Origin: a virus
Taxonomy: Duplodnaviria > Caudoviricetes
Length of the DNA stretch: 64,000 nucleotides
Strand: one strand, 5' to 3'
Virus record (IMG/VR): IMGVR_UViG_3300044719_000253
Span: 128,001-192,000 of that record
The notes beneath the pieces are model-generated. The model was not told the origin of the DNA. It was given only the letters and a program-made list of their open reading frames with translations, and searched no databases. Positions 37,791-48,752 of this stretch are shown in pieces; positions within the stretch are counted from its first letter, which is position 1; each line of letters opens with the position of its first letter. A program made the translations under genes and the position numbers.

Positions 37791-39410
37791 TCAATCTCCA
37801 GTGAGGTTATGGAGCACCAGTTCCACGGTGTGCACCGAGGTGCTGGAAATAAAACGACCATCGGTCCCGACATACGCGCGGCGTTTGGTGAAGTACTCTG
37901 CCACTTCGGCACGGGCTTCGTCCGAGTACGCGATATTACAGTTCATCATGTCGCCATCGAAGTCACCACCGAGTTTCGCCAGGCGAGTCGGGTGTGGGGA
38001 CATTGACTTCATGTACGGACCCGGAATCGGGAATTCCAAGGCGATATGGCTATCGTCCATCGGGGCCCAGTTACGGTCCAATTCACGGCGCCGTTCCGCC
38101 ACCGTGGTGGTACGGACATACAGATTGGTGGGATAAATCGACCCCACCCCCGTGATCGGATAACGGGCGACGGAGGCCGGGTAAGTATTCCAGACACGGT
38201 AACCCGACAGATAGATCAATTCGCAGAACGTGAGCGGATACACGTCTTCGCGTTTCCGGCTGGGCGGCAACTCATCGATGTCATTGAAAATCTTGAAGGT
38301 GCCATCCGGGCCTTTATAAATCAAGCCCAAATAATGCCCTTCGATTTCCATCGGCAGATCCCGCAATGACTCTTCCCGGAATGCATTGATGACTTTCTCC
38401 AACCCTTCGTTGGTTTGGAAGCGATCGTAGTATTCGTTCTTGAGCGGAATGGCTTTGCGCTTGAGGGTCTTCTTGTCGACCAGATACGCTGGTTGGCTGA
38501 TATCCGGGAACACTTCTTTGAGCCAGCCATGCTTGAGTTGATACAGGGTGATGGGCAACATTCCTTTGATCAGTTGAAATAAACCCACCGCGGTGTCATT
38601 AAAGCCCGCACTACCGTGCTCACCCAAATATTGGGTTTCCACAGGTAGGGCGGTGATCACGTTACCGGTGCCGTTCATCACACGACGGCTGGCCCATTTT
38701 CCTTGGATCAGTTTGTTCTTACCGTAGATCAGCCGTTCAAACAGTTCGTAGATTTGCACGAACGTAGTTTGCAGCTTAAAGCGTGCCCGGTCGATCAGTT
38801 CCGGATTGGAGCGAATCGCGATATCCGACAAGGTGTTGGCCACCGCCAGCAGTTGACGGTACATCGGGTTGATCTCGTCTTCGCGAGGACGACCATCGGC
38901 ACCGATCTCGACATCGCGTAAACCCGCTGGCAACACCAGCACTTTACTGGTCATGGCCACGGCTTTGTACTTCTCGATCAAACGAATCGCCAGATCCCGT
39001 TTGTCCGAATTGGTTTTCGAAAAATCGATTTGGTCCCAATACTGACTGAAGTAATGGTAACCGGTTTCGCCATTGACCGCGTCTGAACGTTCGAAATCCT
39101 TTTTCTCCGGATTCCACAACGCGTATTCGTTGCCGGACATAATCCCGCCATACAGGCGCTTGAGCGAAATCAGGGTATTATAAATGATCGGGTGAAATAC
39201 CCCGACTTTGATATCGATGTAGGCATAGCGGCGGCACCGCACATCGTCACCGACCCGACCGAAGATTCGAGTCGAGAATAACCCCTCAGGATGAAAGTTG
39301 TGGGTGATACCATCGTACATCGCCAACGAGGTAATGGGAAACAGCCCTGCCAGCTTGGCAGGAGTTAACGCCAAAATCTGGACGTTGAAGGGGACCATCG
39401 ATTTTTGCAT
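37791..39410 (-). CDS. rpoC: virion RNAP beta-prime subunit with catalytic motif (gp180-like)
   Basis: GLFSTRIFG N-terminus and active-site GGDFDGD; 539 aa. Confidence 0.93.
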   Translation of the reverse strand: MQKSMVPFNVQILALTPAKLAGLFPITSLAMYDGITHNFHPEGLFSTRIFGRVGDDVRCRRYAYIDIKVGVFHPIIYNTLISLKRLYGGIMSGNEYALWNPEKKDFERSDAVNGETGYHYFSQYWDQIDFSKTNSDKRDLAIRLIEKYKAVAMTSKVLVLPAGLRDVEIGADGRPREDEINPMYRQLLAVANTLSDIAIRSNPELIDRARFKLQTTFVQIYELFERLIYGKNKLIQGKWASRRVMNGTGNVITALPVETQYLGEHGSAGFNDTAVGLFQLIKGMLPITLYQLKHGWLKEVFPDISQPAYLVDKKTLKRKAIPLKNEYYDRFQTNEGLEKVINAFREESLRDLPMEIEGHYLGLIYKGPDGTFKIFNDIDELPPSRKREDVYPLTFCELIYLSGYRVWNTYPASVARYPITGVGSIYPTNLYVRTTTVAERRRELDRNWAPMDDSHIALEFPIPGPYMKSMSPHPTRLAKLGGDFDGDMMNCNIAYSDEARAEVAEYFTKRRAYVGTDGRFISSTSVHTVELVLHNLTGD

Positions 39411-39480
39411 AAGGAATCCCGGAAAGCTAAAAGTATGACACCTCGGGTAGAGGATAGACTATATACAGGAGTAGAACGGT

Positions 39481-42400
39481 ATGGCCAAGCAATCGAATAA
39501 CGAAAGGCTGGACCTGGATTCGTACGACTTCGGGGATGAATTCAATTTTGATGAGTTCAGTCTGGAACCAAAGCCGGTCAAAACCAAACGAGAAGCCATT
39601 GAGCGTATTGGCGAAGGGGTCTGGGAAGGTACCAAAGATACGGTAAAATCACCGAGTTTCTTCCGTGAATTTATCAAGAAAGCCTTGCCACGTGGCTATG
39701 GTGACATGGTCGATTTGCTCGACCAAGGGGCCTCGTCCGTCCGTGAGCTATACAATGAAGGCGAAAAGGAAGCCAAGCCTTTGCTCCGTGATGTGAGCCG
39801 CGCCATCGATAAAATGATGCCGGCCAGCAGTAAATATCTGCCGAAGTCAGCGGAGAAGCTACTGAAGGATTTTGCCGACCGTAACCGCGAGCAAACCCAA
39901 GCTGGGGTCGGTGCCAACAGTGCGACTGATCTGGCCGTGGCTGCGATGCTGGCCGACACCTTCCGTTACGGTGCCAAAGAAGATACCCGCCGGGAAGCCA
40001 AACAAGACGCCCGCGAAACTATCCGCGACGCAGTCGAGAATGACCGCTTCAATTCGAACATCGCTCAACTTGACGGAATCCGTAAGTCGGTGGTGTCGAT
40101 GGCGGCGTACCAGCGTCGGGTCGAATTCGGTTACCACAAGAAATCGCTGGAACTGCAAGCGCGGCAATACTTCGTCAACGTTGAGATGCTCAACGAGATG
40201 AAGCGCAGTAATCTGCGCACCGGGGAAATGCTCTCGGGGATCTTGCACAACACCGCATTGCCGGATGTGGTTAAACTCAAGACCAGCGAAAAGTTCAAAG
40301 ACATGCTGCGCAACAAGCTGATGGCAGGCTTGCAAGACGGTATCTTTGGGCAGCGGAATAACTTCGTCCAGAATCTGGGTAAAGCCTTTCGGGAACAAGC
40401 GCTGGGGAGTTTGCAGCACTTCATCGGTGGCGCTCGCGACGGCATTACTGGCGCTGAGATGGCATCCGATTCGATGGCCATGGCTCAAGACATGGGGATG
40501 GATAAGTTCCGCATGGCGGGGAATGTGGTGGGCGGGGAAGGTGCCAAGTGGCTGGGGAAACTGGCTGCAACCCGTCTGGGGAAACGCATCTCGGAATCGA
40601 CCAGCCGGCACACCCAATCGCTGCGTCGCTTTGGCAACCGTCTGCAGCACGGCGTGGAGAATGCACCGCAGATTGCGACCGATTGGTCGAATACCGCCAG
40701 CGATGCTTCATCGTCGATCGACCAGTTTCTGGAAAACCGGTTCGGCGAACGGCTGTCGGATAACAAGCGCCGCTTCTTGAGTAACCTCTTGGGTGGGGTT
40801 GGTGATCCGCTGATGGACTTGGCCAAAGGAACGATCCGTCGGACCAACAGCCGCGCGACCCAAGTTAAAGAAGGTGGGGTGGGGGATCTGTACACGCCTG
40901 CAGTCTTTAACAACCAAGCCCACAAGTCGCTGGTCGAAGTGATCCCGGGGTATTTGGCTCGCATCTATCAAGAATTGCAAATCCAACGCACGGGCGATAC
41001 GTCGATCGACCTGGCCCAGTATGACTACGCCAGCGGGCGATTCTCAACCACCCGGGCAGTGCGCCAAGCCACCTTCCATCGGTTGTTTGATGAGTCGTCG
41101 CGTAATGGCGTGAAATACGAACGCGAGCGGTTGCTGGAGTTGGTCGATCCACGCGGTGAACTCACGCCGGAACAACGCAAAGAATTGGCGGATCGCTTGA
41201 TGCAGGATAACCTGCGTGGACGGGCCGGCTATGAAACCGGGCGGATCAGTAACTACACCCGGGCTGGCAGCTTCGGTGAATCGCGCCATGGCGACAAATT
41301 CGCGGAACTCTTTAAACGCCTGGCAGAGAAAGACAAAACCACGGAAGGTGCCACCAACGTCGACTTCGCGGCGCGTTTCCGTGGCGTGGGACGTTCGGCA
41401 GCCAATCGTGAGAATGAGATCCAGCAACTGTTGGAAGTTTATCCACGTGATCTGCTCGAAGACATGGGGTTGTTAAAGCCAGGTTCAAGCCAAATCGACA
41501 CGGCCAAGATCAATGCCTATTTCGGTGGTGACGTGTATACCGCCAACGGCGTGCCCGGTTTGGCAGGTGCCGGTCGACGTCGAATTCGTCAGGGCGGTGC
41601 GAATACCCGTCTGACCCACGCTGAATCCGCGCCGATCACTTCCATGGCGGATGAAGTCAAGCGTTTGATTGAAATCATCGAACTGCAGAACACCAAACCT
41701 CTGGTCTCAGATATCAAAGAGATCTTGCTGGCGATGCAAGCGGATCTGCATCACCCGGGAGGTGCGGGTCCATCGACCCTGGATCGCGTCATCGATGGAG
41801 TGGGCTCGGCTACCCGCGCAACCGCACAAGCCGCGCAGCGCACTGGACGTCAGTTCATGAACCAGAATCAGCGTCGTGTTGCGGCGCTGGTCGAACAAGC
41901 CAAACGCCGCGCACGCCGTGCCCAACGTCGGGCGACCGTCGGCGCAGGGCGTTTGCAACAACGCTATCAACCACAACTCGATGCTGTGCGCGATATGTGG
42001 GATCATCGTGATGAAGGGTTGAGTCACCTCGGCGGGATGTTGCGTAATCGTTGGGACCAATGGCGCGGGTATGCTGAAGAGGCTTATGACCATTTGCACG
42101 GCGATGAGTTCCGTGACCAAGTGCGTCAAGCCCGTACCCGGGCTGGCAACGCCATGCGCAATGCGCAGACCCAAGCCCGGGGTGTGGGTGAGCAGCTGTT
42201 ACGGAATGTCCAAGGTCAAAGCGAAGCATTGCGACAAGCGGCTGCCGCAGGTCGAGAAAAGAATGTTTTCACGGAGATCAAAGAGATTCTGCTGGCCATC
42301 CGCGACCGCCTGGAAGATGGGATCATCACCACGGGTGGGGTTCCGCCTGAAGGCGTCCTGCGTCGTGCCGGTGGCGCCACCCGTCGTGGGTTGTCGCGTC

Positions 42401-45400
42401 TGAACATGCGCTTGACCGATTTGGTCAAAGGAGGTTTCGGTCTGGTATCCGGTACCGCTCGTCTGGGTGGTCGGGTGGTCAATGGGTTGGTCGGCGGCAG
42501 TGCCCGACTGGGTTGGGGACTGGCCAAGGGTACTGCTGGTCTGGCGGGTGACGCGGTGGGGTTTGCCGTGTCGTCACAATACCGCCGCGCCCGTGGCTTC
42601 GTGGATATCTACGTGGGCAATGAACGCAAGCCGCGTTTGTATGGTCGCATGCTGCAAGAAGGCAATGTCTATTTTGACAAAGAGTCGGGTAAACCGATCC
42701 GCCGTCTGAAAGACATTGTCGGCGATGTGGTGCGTCATACGGCCGAGGGTGAGCAACTCATTATGTCCGCCGAGGAAATCGAGCACGCCTGGCAAAAGAT
42801 CGGTCCGGTCAAGAAAACCTTGAAGGCACTCGGGGTGACCGCTAAATCCGCCTACGGCATCGGCAAGAAGATTTTCGGCGTGGCCATGGATGGCGTACCA
42901 CCGGTATTCCGGATGGCCATGTGGGGTGCCAAGAAAGCCTGGGGTCTGCTCGACATGGCCCAAGACATCTTCGTGCGTGATCGTCTCGATAGTCCAGCGA
43001 TGACAGCAAGGCTGATGCGGGCCGGGTCGTACTACTCGGCCACTTCCTGGAAAGTCATCAAACGGCCTTCGCAAATCGATGGCCCGGTGTTGATTGGTGA
43101 AGGGGATCAAGCTGAAACTGTGCTGACCCACGATGATCTGCGCAAAGGGTTGGTGGACAAGAACGGCAAAACCATCCGCACCGGTTTGTCGAAACTGCTC
43201 TTTACGGCCACTGCCGGGATTCGCAAGGTGACTGGGTTGGCATGGCGGGTGGGCAAGCAAGTCAATGCGGCTGCCGTCGGACTGGTGAAGAACGGGATCA
43301 AGCTGGGCAAAGCCGCGGTGAAAACTGGGGTGAATACCATCGGCGGGGCCTTTGATCTGCTGCGCGGTAAAAACCCATTTGCTCAAAAGACTTCGACTGA
43401 AGTGTTGGCGGCTTCCGCCCACATTCAGCTGGAGCAAAACTCGTTCTTGAAAGAGATTCGAGATTTGCTGCGCGAGCGTTTGCCCAAGCCGAAGGAACAC
43501 AGCGACTGGGACAGCAACGGGGATGGAATCCGTGACGGTAGTTACGAAGACCAGTTGCGCCAGAAAGCTGAAGCGGAAGGCGCACAGGCACCTATGGCTA
43601 AAGGACCCGGCGTTGGTGCGCGAATCAAGAATGGGGCTAAAGCCTTGTGGGGTAAGCTACGCGGTAAGAAAGATGAGGACGGTGAGGAAGGCGGTGACAT
43701 CAACGTGACGGCGGGTGGCGGAAATACTGGGGAAACTCGGGATGAACGCCGCAAGCGCCGCATGGCCCGTCGCCCTGGCGGTAGCTGGGCGACCTCGAAA
43801 GGCTGGAAAGGTAAGGGTAAGTTCTTGCTGGGCAAGGCCGGTGGATTGCTGAAGGGTGTTGGTAAATTCGGCCTGGGTTTACTCGGTCTGGGTGAACTCG
43901 GTTTGGGCGGGGTATTGGCCGGCGCTGGCGGCATGTTGGCCAGTGGCGCTGCTGCGGTTGGAGGTGCCTTGGCCACAGCTGGTACAGCCATCGCGGGGGT
44001 ATTGTCAGCACCAGTGTTGCTGGGTGCCGCTGCGGTGGCCGGGGTAGCCGCTGGGGCGTATTTCGGGTATAAGTACTTGACCCGCAAAAAGCTCGGGTTG
44101 CTCTCGCGTGTTCGTTACGTGCAGTATGGTTTCGCACCACAAGACACTGACCACCTGGCAGCAGTCTTTGGGTTGGAAGACAAACTCAAAGACGCCATCA
44201 TCTACGGCAAAGACGAAGCCAAACTCGATCCGAAGCGTTGTGATCCGATGACGCTCTTCAAAGACTTCGATGTCAGCCAAGACGACAAGACGGCCATGGA
44301 GAATTGGATCCACTGGTTTAGTGTACGCTTCAAACCCATCTTCTTGACCCATGCAGCAGGCCTCAAAGCCGTGGCGGGGGACAAATGGCTGAGTGATGTG
44401 GACGGTCTGGAACCTGCTGTGGCGTTGCAATACTTGAACGCGGTGCGTTGTCCGGATGGTGCTTATAACGACGGCACTTCACCATTCAAAGATCTCGATA
44501 CCCTGAAGATGGGGGCTGGGGATGTGCAAGCGATCATCCAGCTGGCCGAGCGTGAACTCAAACGCAAAGCGCCCGATGCGCAAGCAGCGGGTGTGGTGGC
44601 AGCCGGCGCTGTCGGTGCCACTGCCGTAGCAAAAGCGGGTGAGGTCGCCGTGGGCTCAACCACCCCAGGTGGGGTCTCGGCTAAAGCCTTGGCGCAAGCG
44701 GGTTTGGCGACCTCCGTCCAACCAGCCAAAGGTGCGCAAGTCATGGCTTCGGGCTCGTCGGTGGTGTTGGAATCGCTCGGCGTCAACAAACTCGATGGCG
44801 TGGACGTGGTGCGGTTTAAGGCGTATGGCTTGGTGAAGATGGAACTCGATAAGGTGCGCGCCCTGCAAGCCTTGGAGAAAGCCTTGACACCCAAGCTGTC
44901 CTACGTCAAAAACGTCGCGACATGGTCGGGCTCGGTCGAGCAACAAGTGCTGGTGTCGGGAGCGGCTTTTGGGGTGGATACCTCGAACGATGCCATGACG
45001 GCCAATTGGATCAGCTGGTTTAACCAACGGTTCTTGCCGGTCTTCTTGAACTACGCCAGCTTGATGAAGGCCCAGACTGGTAAGGATGATCCGGTGGAAG
45101 GCAAGAGCTTACTGAAAGCCGCGCAGGCGGTTGATGTGGCCACGGCTTTGTACACCACCAGCACCAACGGTGGCAGCATCTGGAACGTCAGTGTCTCGCC
45201 CTGGGAAGGGTATGCGCTGAATACCGATGTGCGCTCGACAGATGGCAATCTGCAAGGCTTGAAGGACATGGCCAAAGCAGTGATCCTGACGGAGCCCGGC
45301 GGTAAAGGGGCGAACCAACCGACGGCAGGCAAGAGTACGGCCAACAGCCAAACCACGCCAGCAGTAACACCGTCGACGGGGGTCTGGGGTAGCATCAAAG

Positions 45401-46662
45401 ACTTCTGGAAATCCACCAGCAACGCCGTTCAAGCGGCGGTCGGTAGCAACGCTACTGTGGCGACCGGTCAAGTCGTGACCAACCCGAACAGCATGAACGG
45501 GAATGGCATGGCGGGTGGGCGGGAAATGAACCAACCTGGTCGCGGGACTGGCGGTGATATCAATGCCATCCCGAAACCACAGGGCAACAAGAGTTGGGCA
45601 GCCCTGAAGGATACGATTCTGGCGGCAGCCAAGATGGTGGGGGTGGATGGGAAACTCATGGCTGCGATGGCGGCAGTGGAGTCCGGGTTTGATTACTCGG
45701 TCAAAGCAGCCAAAACCTCGGCCACGGGTCTGTACCAGTTTGTGGCGAATACCTGGAATTGGATGCTGAAGAAATATGGCGCCAAGTACGGGATCGCCCC
45801 AGGCACCCCCGCCACCGATCCGCGCGCGAATGCGCTGATGGGCGCGGAATACCTGAAGGAGAGTGTGAATGCATTGGAAGGCAAGATCGGTCGACCACTC
45901 ACCGATACTGACATCTACTTCTCACACTTCTTAGGACCGGCTGGCGCGAAGAAGTTCTTGACCGCTGACCCGAATGCCCTGGGCGCCATGATCTTGCCGG
46001 AAGCCGCCGCGGCCAACCGCTCAATCTTCTATAGCCGTAACGGTGGACCATTGACCGTGGGACAAATCTACCAGTTGGTGAACAGCCGACTGCAAAATAA
46101 ATCCCAAGGGTTGTCGATCGATGGCGGCGAAGCGACGGTTGCCACCCAAGCTACCGAAGCCCCTCCGGCTACGGCGAAGAAAGATGACGGGAAAGCCACG
46201 GCGCCGAAACCGGCGTTCGGGTTGGGGATGCCGGGCTTGCCTGGTAATTCACCGAGTCCGACGACCGCACAGGCACCGGCTCCGGTATCCTCGACATCGA
46301 CCCAGGTTCCAGTGGCACCAAGTGCTCCTGCTATCAACCCAATGCTGGGTGGGGGCTTCATGCCACCGACGCGTACGCAGGACCAACTGGCCACGGCCCA
46401 GCAACAGATGGAAGTGCGGGTGGCGAACCTGACCGATACCAACAAGATTCTGTCGGACTCGTATAACGTTCAACGGGATTCACTGAAGGTGTTGGAACAG
46501 ATTCGCGATGGCTTAGGTAAACTCAATGTGGCACCGAGTGCGCCGACACCCACCCCTGTTACCCCAGTGGCGGGCTCGCCAGCGGTGATGGCGCGCCAGC
46601 GTCAATCCAGCGAACTGCCACGGGCGCCGGTCTCGGTGGCGCGCCCCGCTGCACCGTTCTAA
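39481..46662 (+). CDS. tape-measure / tail-associated lytic transglycosylase (phiKZ gp181-like)
   Basis: 2393 aa, long helical body, Gly/Ala-rich hydrophobic segment, SLT motif AVESGF...ATGLYQFVANTW, YFSHFLGPAGA. Confidence 0.9.
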   Translation: MAKQSNNERLDLDSYDFGDEFNFDEFSLEPKPVKTKREAIERIGEGVWEGTKDTVKSPSFFREFIKKALPRGYGDMVDLLDQGASSVRELYNEGEKEAKPLLRDVSRAIDKMMPASSKYLPKSAEKLLKDFADRNREQTQAGVGANSATDLAVAAMLADTFRYGAKEDTRREAKQDARETIRDAVENDRFNSNIAQLDGIRKSVVSMAAYQRRVEFGYHKKSLELQARQYFVNVEMLNEMKRSNLRTGEMLSGILHNTALPDVVKLKTSEKFKDMLRNKLMAGLQDGIFGQRNNFVQNLGKAFREQALGSLQHFIGGARDGITGAEMASDSMAMAQDMGMDKFRMAGNVVGGEGAKWLGKLAATRLGKRISESTSRHTQSLRRFGNRLQHGVENAPQIATDWSNTASDASSSIDQFLENRFGERLSDNKRRFLSNLLGGVGDPLMDLAKGTIRRTNSRATQVKEGGVGDLYTPAVFNNQAHKSLVEVIPGYLARIYQELQIQRTGDTSIDLAQYDYASGRFSTTRAVRQATFHRLFDESSRNGVKYERERLLELVDPRGELTPEQRKELADRLMQDNLRGRAGYETGRISNYTRAGSFGESRHGDKFAELFKRLAEKDKTTEGATNVDFAARFRGVGRSAANRENEIQQLLEVYPRDLLEDMGLLKPGSSQIDTAKINAYFGGDVYTANGVPGLAGAGRRRIRQGGANTRLTHAESAPITSMADEVKRLIEIIELQNTKPLVSDIKEILLAMQADLHHPGGAGPSTLDRVIDGVGSATRATAQAAQRTGRQFMNQNQRRVAALVEQAKRRARRAQRRATVGAGRLQQRYQPQLDAVRDMWDHRDEGLSHLGGMLRNRWDQWRGYAEEAYDHLHGDEFRDQVRQARTRAGNAMRNAQTQARGVGEQLLRNVQGQSEALRQAAAAGREKNVFTEIKEILLAIRDRLEDGIITTGGVPPEGVLRRAGGATRRGLSRLNMRLTDLVKGGFGLVSGTARLGGRVVNGLVGGSARLGWGLAKGTAGLAGDAVGFAVSSQYRRARGFVDIYVGNERKPRLYGRMLQEGNVYFDKESGKPIRRLKDIVGDVVRHTAEGEQLIMSAEEIEHAWQKIGPVKKTLKALGVTAKSAYGIGKKIFGVAMDGVPPVFRMAMWGAKKAWGLLDMAQDIFVRDRLDSPAMTARLMRAGSYYSATSWKVIKRPSQIDGPVLIGEGDQAETVLTHDDLRKGLVDKNGKTIRTGLSKLLFTATAGIRKVTGLAWRVGKQVNAAAVGLVKNGIKLGKAAVKTGVNTIGGAFDLLRGKNPFAQKTSTEVLAASAHIQLEQNSFLKEIRDLLRERLPKPKEHSDWDSNGDGIRDGSYEDQLRQKAEAEGAQAPMAKGPGVGARIKNGAKALWGKLRGKKDEDGEEGGDINVTAGGGNTGETRDERRKRRMARRPGGSWATSKGWKGKGKFLLGKAGGLLKGVGKFGLGLLGLGELGLGGVLAGAGGMLASGAAAVGGALATAGTAIAGVLSAPVLLGAAAVAGVAAGAYFGYKYLTRKKLGLLSRVRYVQYGFAPQDTDHLAAVFGLEDKLKDAIIYGKDEAKLDPKRCDPMTLFKDFDVSQDDKTAMENWIHWFSVRFKPIFLTHAAGLKAVAGDKWLSDVDGLEPAVALQYLNAVRCPDGAYNDGTSPFKDLDTLKMGAGDVQAIIQLAERELKRKAPDAQAAGVVAAGAVGATAVAKAGEVAVGSTTPGGVSAKALAQAGLATSVQPAKGAQVMASGSSVVLESLGVNKLDGVDVVRFKAYGLVKMELDKVRALQALEKALTPKLSYVKNVATWSGSVEQQVLVSGAAFGVDTSNDAMTANWISWFNQRFLPVFLNYASLMKAQTGKDDPVEGKSLLKAAQAVDVATALYTTSTNGGSIWNVSVSPWEGYALNTDVRSTDGNLQGLKDMAKAVILTEPGGKGANQPTAGKSTANSQTTPAVTPSTGVWGSIKDFWKSTSNAVQAAVGSNATVATGQVVTNPNSMNGNGMAGGREMNQPGRGTGGDINAIPKPQGNKSWAALKDTILAAAKMVGVDGKLMAAMAAVESGFDYSVKAAKTSATGLYQFVANTWNWMLKKYGAKYGIAPGTPATDPRANALMGAEYLKESVNALEGKIGRPLTDTDIYFSHFLGPAGAKKFLTADPNALGAMILPEAAAANRSIFYSRNGGPLTVGQIYQLVNSRLQNKSQGLSIDGGEATVATQATEAPPATAKKDDGKATAPKPAFGLGMPGLPGNSPSPTTAQAPAPVSSTSTQVPVAPSAPAINPMLGGGFMPPTRTQDQLATAQQQMEVRVANLTDTNKILSDSYNVQRDSLKVLEQIRDGLGKLNVAPSAPTPTPVTPVAGSPAVMARQRQSSELPRAPVSVARPAAPF

Positions 46663-46711
46663 TGTAGTACCACGGGGGCTCAACACCCCCGTGGCCTTTT
46701 GAGGATGTATT

Positions 46712-48697
46712 ATGGCAGTCAAACCAGACTCTTCATGGGTACGGCGCTCCTTCCTGGTGAAGAAGGATGAGCTTGACCCCCAATCGGAAGATTATCGGCG
46801 GCGGTTCTTTACCACTGCCGTGATCGACTACACGGACACCCGTCCGGGTGGCAGCATCTGTATCAACCCACCGGCTTCACGCACCCGTTTTGCCGATATC
46901 CGGGTACAAAACGCTTTGACCGGCAGTCTCGGTAAAGGGCGGGCGTACAAGGAAATCATCGATGACAATTCGCAGATCATTCACATGCGTTTTGGCATTG
47001 AGATGCACAACTCACTCACCAGTTTCTTCACGGGCTTTTACAACAGTTCCGCGGCGCAAATCGCCCGCACCGGGCGGGTGAGCAATCGCTTCTTTTACGC
47101 CATCGGTCAGCTCGGTGGTTTCGTGATTCAGTTGGCGTCGTGGAAATTGCTGGCGGTGCACTTCTTGGGCGCCGCAGTGAACTTCCTTTCCAAAGTCCCA
47201 CAAACCAAGTTCTACTATTCCAAGCCAGCGATGCCGTTGTATTGGAACGCAGTCTCCACCATGGTCAACCACATGGCGGTGAACCGGGGAGTGGTGCCGC
47301 GGGTGTTTGGTAATGCCAGTGAAGTGATCGATCCGGGTTATACCGGTGCCGCTGCCGGACCGCTGATGCATGACAAGATGCCCACCATCTTTGGCCCGAA
47401 AGGCAGTATCGATGTGTATGCATTGGCCAACCGCGCCAAACGGCTGGAGCGGCAGCGGATGGCGTTACTCAAGCAGCGGCTGGACCAGATGCAAGCCTTG
47501 GGGATTGCGGATCTGGAAAAGGCCACGCGCGAAATCATGTCGACCCCGCTACCATTACCCGGCAGTAAAGATCCGAACCTGGAAGACTACCTGCAATCGT
47601 GGTTGGAAGCAGCCCCGGCTAAATCCACCACCGGCGATAAAGGTAGTCCAAGTGAATCACTGGAAGACACCTTCCAAAACGGCACAGACCAGGCCGATGG
47701 GTTGATCGCCTCGTTGGTCAAGTTCGGACAAGCCGAGCTGGATGATGGCGCGGCGTTCGCTTCGTTTCGGGTGAATGCCACGGGCCCGATACAAGATTCA
47801 TTCACCAGTGGTGTCGGTGAATCCAACCTGGCCACCCGAGTCAACGGGATGTCGGCGGACATGCGCAGCAAGCGCTTTGACTTTGCCGATGGTAATTTGG
47901 TTGGCGGGGCGATTGGTGCAATGTTCGGGGAAGTCAAAGATGCGGTGACCTCGTTCGGTCAAGGAATGCTCGATTCGGTCCAGATGTCAGGTCTGGCAAC
48001 GCTTGCGGGCAATGCGTTCGTCGATATGCCGAAGTACTGGCAAAACTCGACCGCAAACCTGGGGCGCTCGACCTACACCATGAACCTGGTATCGCCGTAC
48101 CACAACCCGATCTCGCAGATTCTCAACATCGATATCCCGCTGGCGATGATCTTGGCAGGGGTGCTGCCGAAATCTACCGGCGCGCAATCGTACACGGCCC
48201 CGTTCCTGGTTGAGTTGTATGACCAAGGGCGTTGCCAAACACGGTTGGGGATGATCGATTCCGTGTCGATCACCCGTGGCGTTGGTAACGTCGGCTTCAG
48301 CCAAGACGGTAAAGCGTTGGGGGTGGATGTCACGTTCAGTATCGTTGACATGTCGTCCATCATGCACATGCCGATCGCCGAAAACTTCAGTTTCACCCAA
48401 GGGGTGGCGCAAGCCATCGGTCAAGCTATTGGTGGTGAAACCGGTCAAGTGGCAGCAGTCGCATTGACAGGATCAGCGTTCACCCCCGATACCGTGTATT
48501 CGGACTATCTGGCAGTGCTCTCGGGTATGGCGTTGAATGACCAGATCTACGGGTTCCGGAACTTGAAGCTGAACCTTACCCGGGAACTGGCCAAGTACGA
48601 GCAGTGGAAGTCCCCTGCCCACCTGGCCAGCTTCTTGGGCGATACCTTCCCTGCCCGAGCCTTGGGGATGTTTTACCGTGGTACGGACAAACAGTAG
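46712..48697 (+). CDS. tail/baseplate structural protein (phiKZ gp182-like)
   Basis: 661 aa immediately after the gp181-like gene; C-terminal SVSITRGVGNVGF..VDVTFSIVD tube/hub-like strands. Confidence 0.75.
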   Translation: MAVKPDSSWVRRSFLVKKDELDPQSEDYRRRFFTTAVIDYTDTRPGGSICINPPASRTRFADIRVQNALTGSLGKGRAYKEIIDDNSQIIHMRFGIEMHNSLTSFFTGFYNSSAAQIARTGRVSNRFFYAIGQLGGFVIQLASWKLLAVHFLGAAVNFLSKVPQTKFYYSKPAMPLYWNAVSTMVNHMAVNRGVVPRVFGNASEVIDPGYTGAAAGPLMHDKMPTIFGPKGSIDVYALANRAKRLERQRMALLKQRLDQMQALGIADLEKATREIMSTPLPLPGSKDPNLEDYLQSWLEAAPAKSTTGDKGSPSESLEDTFQNGTDQADGLIASLVKFGQAELDDGAAFASFRVNATGPIQDSFTSGVGESNLATRVNGMSADMRSKRFDFADGNLVGGAIGAMFGEVKDAVTSFGQGMLDSVQMSGLATLAGNAFVDMPKYWQNSTANLGRSTYTMNLVSPYHNPISQILNIDIPLAMILAGVLPKSTGAQSYTAPFLVELYDQGRCQTRLGMIDSVSITRGVGNVGFSQDGKALGVDVTFSIVDMSSIMHMPIAENFSFTQGVAQAIGQAIGGETGQVAAVALTGSAFTPDTVYSDYLAVLSGMALNDQIYGFRNLKLNLTRELAKYEQWKSPAHLASFLGDTFPARALGMFYRGTDKQ

Positions 48698-48711
48698 CAA
48701 AAAAGAAAGAC

Positions 48712-48747
48712 GGCATACGCCTCTCCTACCCTTGCGGGTAGGAGAGG
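48712..48747. terminator. bidirectional hairpin (GGCATA family)
   Basis: 12-bp stem CCTCTCCTACCC/GGGTAGGAGAGG between convergent genes. Confidence 0.75.
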
Positions 48748-48752
48748 GTAGG

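Noticed and set aside
32980-37794. RNAP beta gene as a pseudogene or as two natural subunits
   Set aside because: The gap has full group I intron hallmarks, and its removal restores the conserved DD-x-x-R motif in frame.
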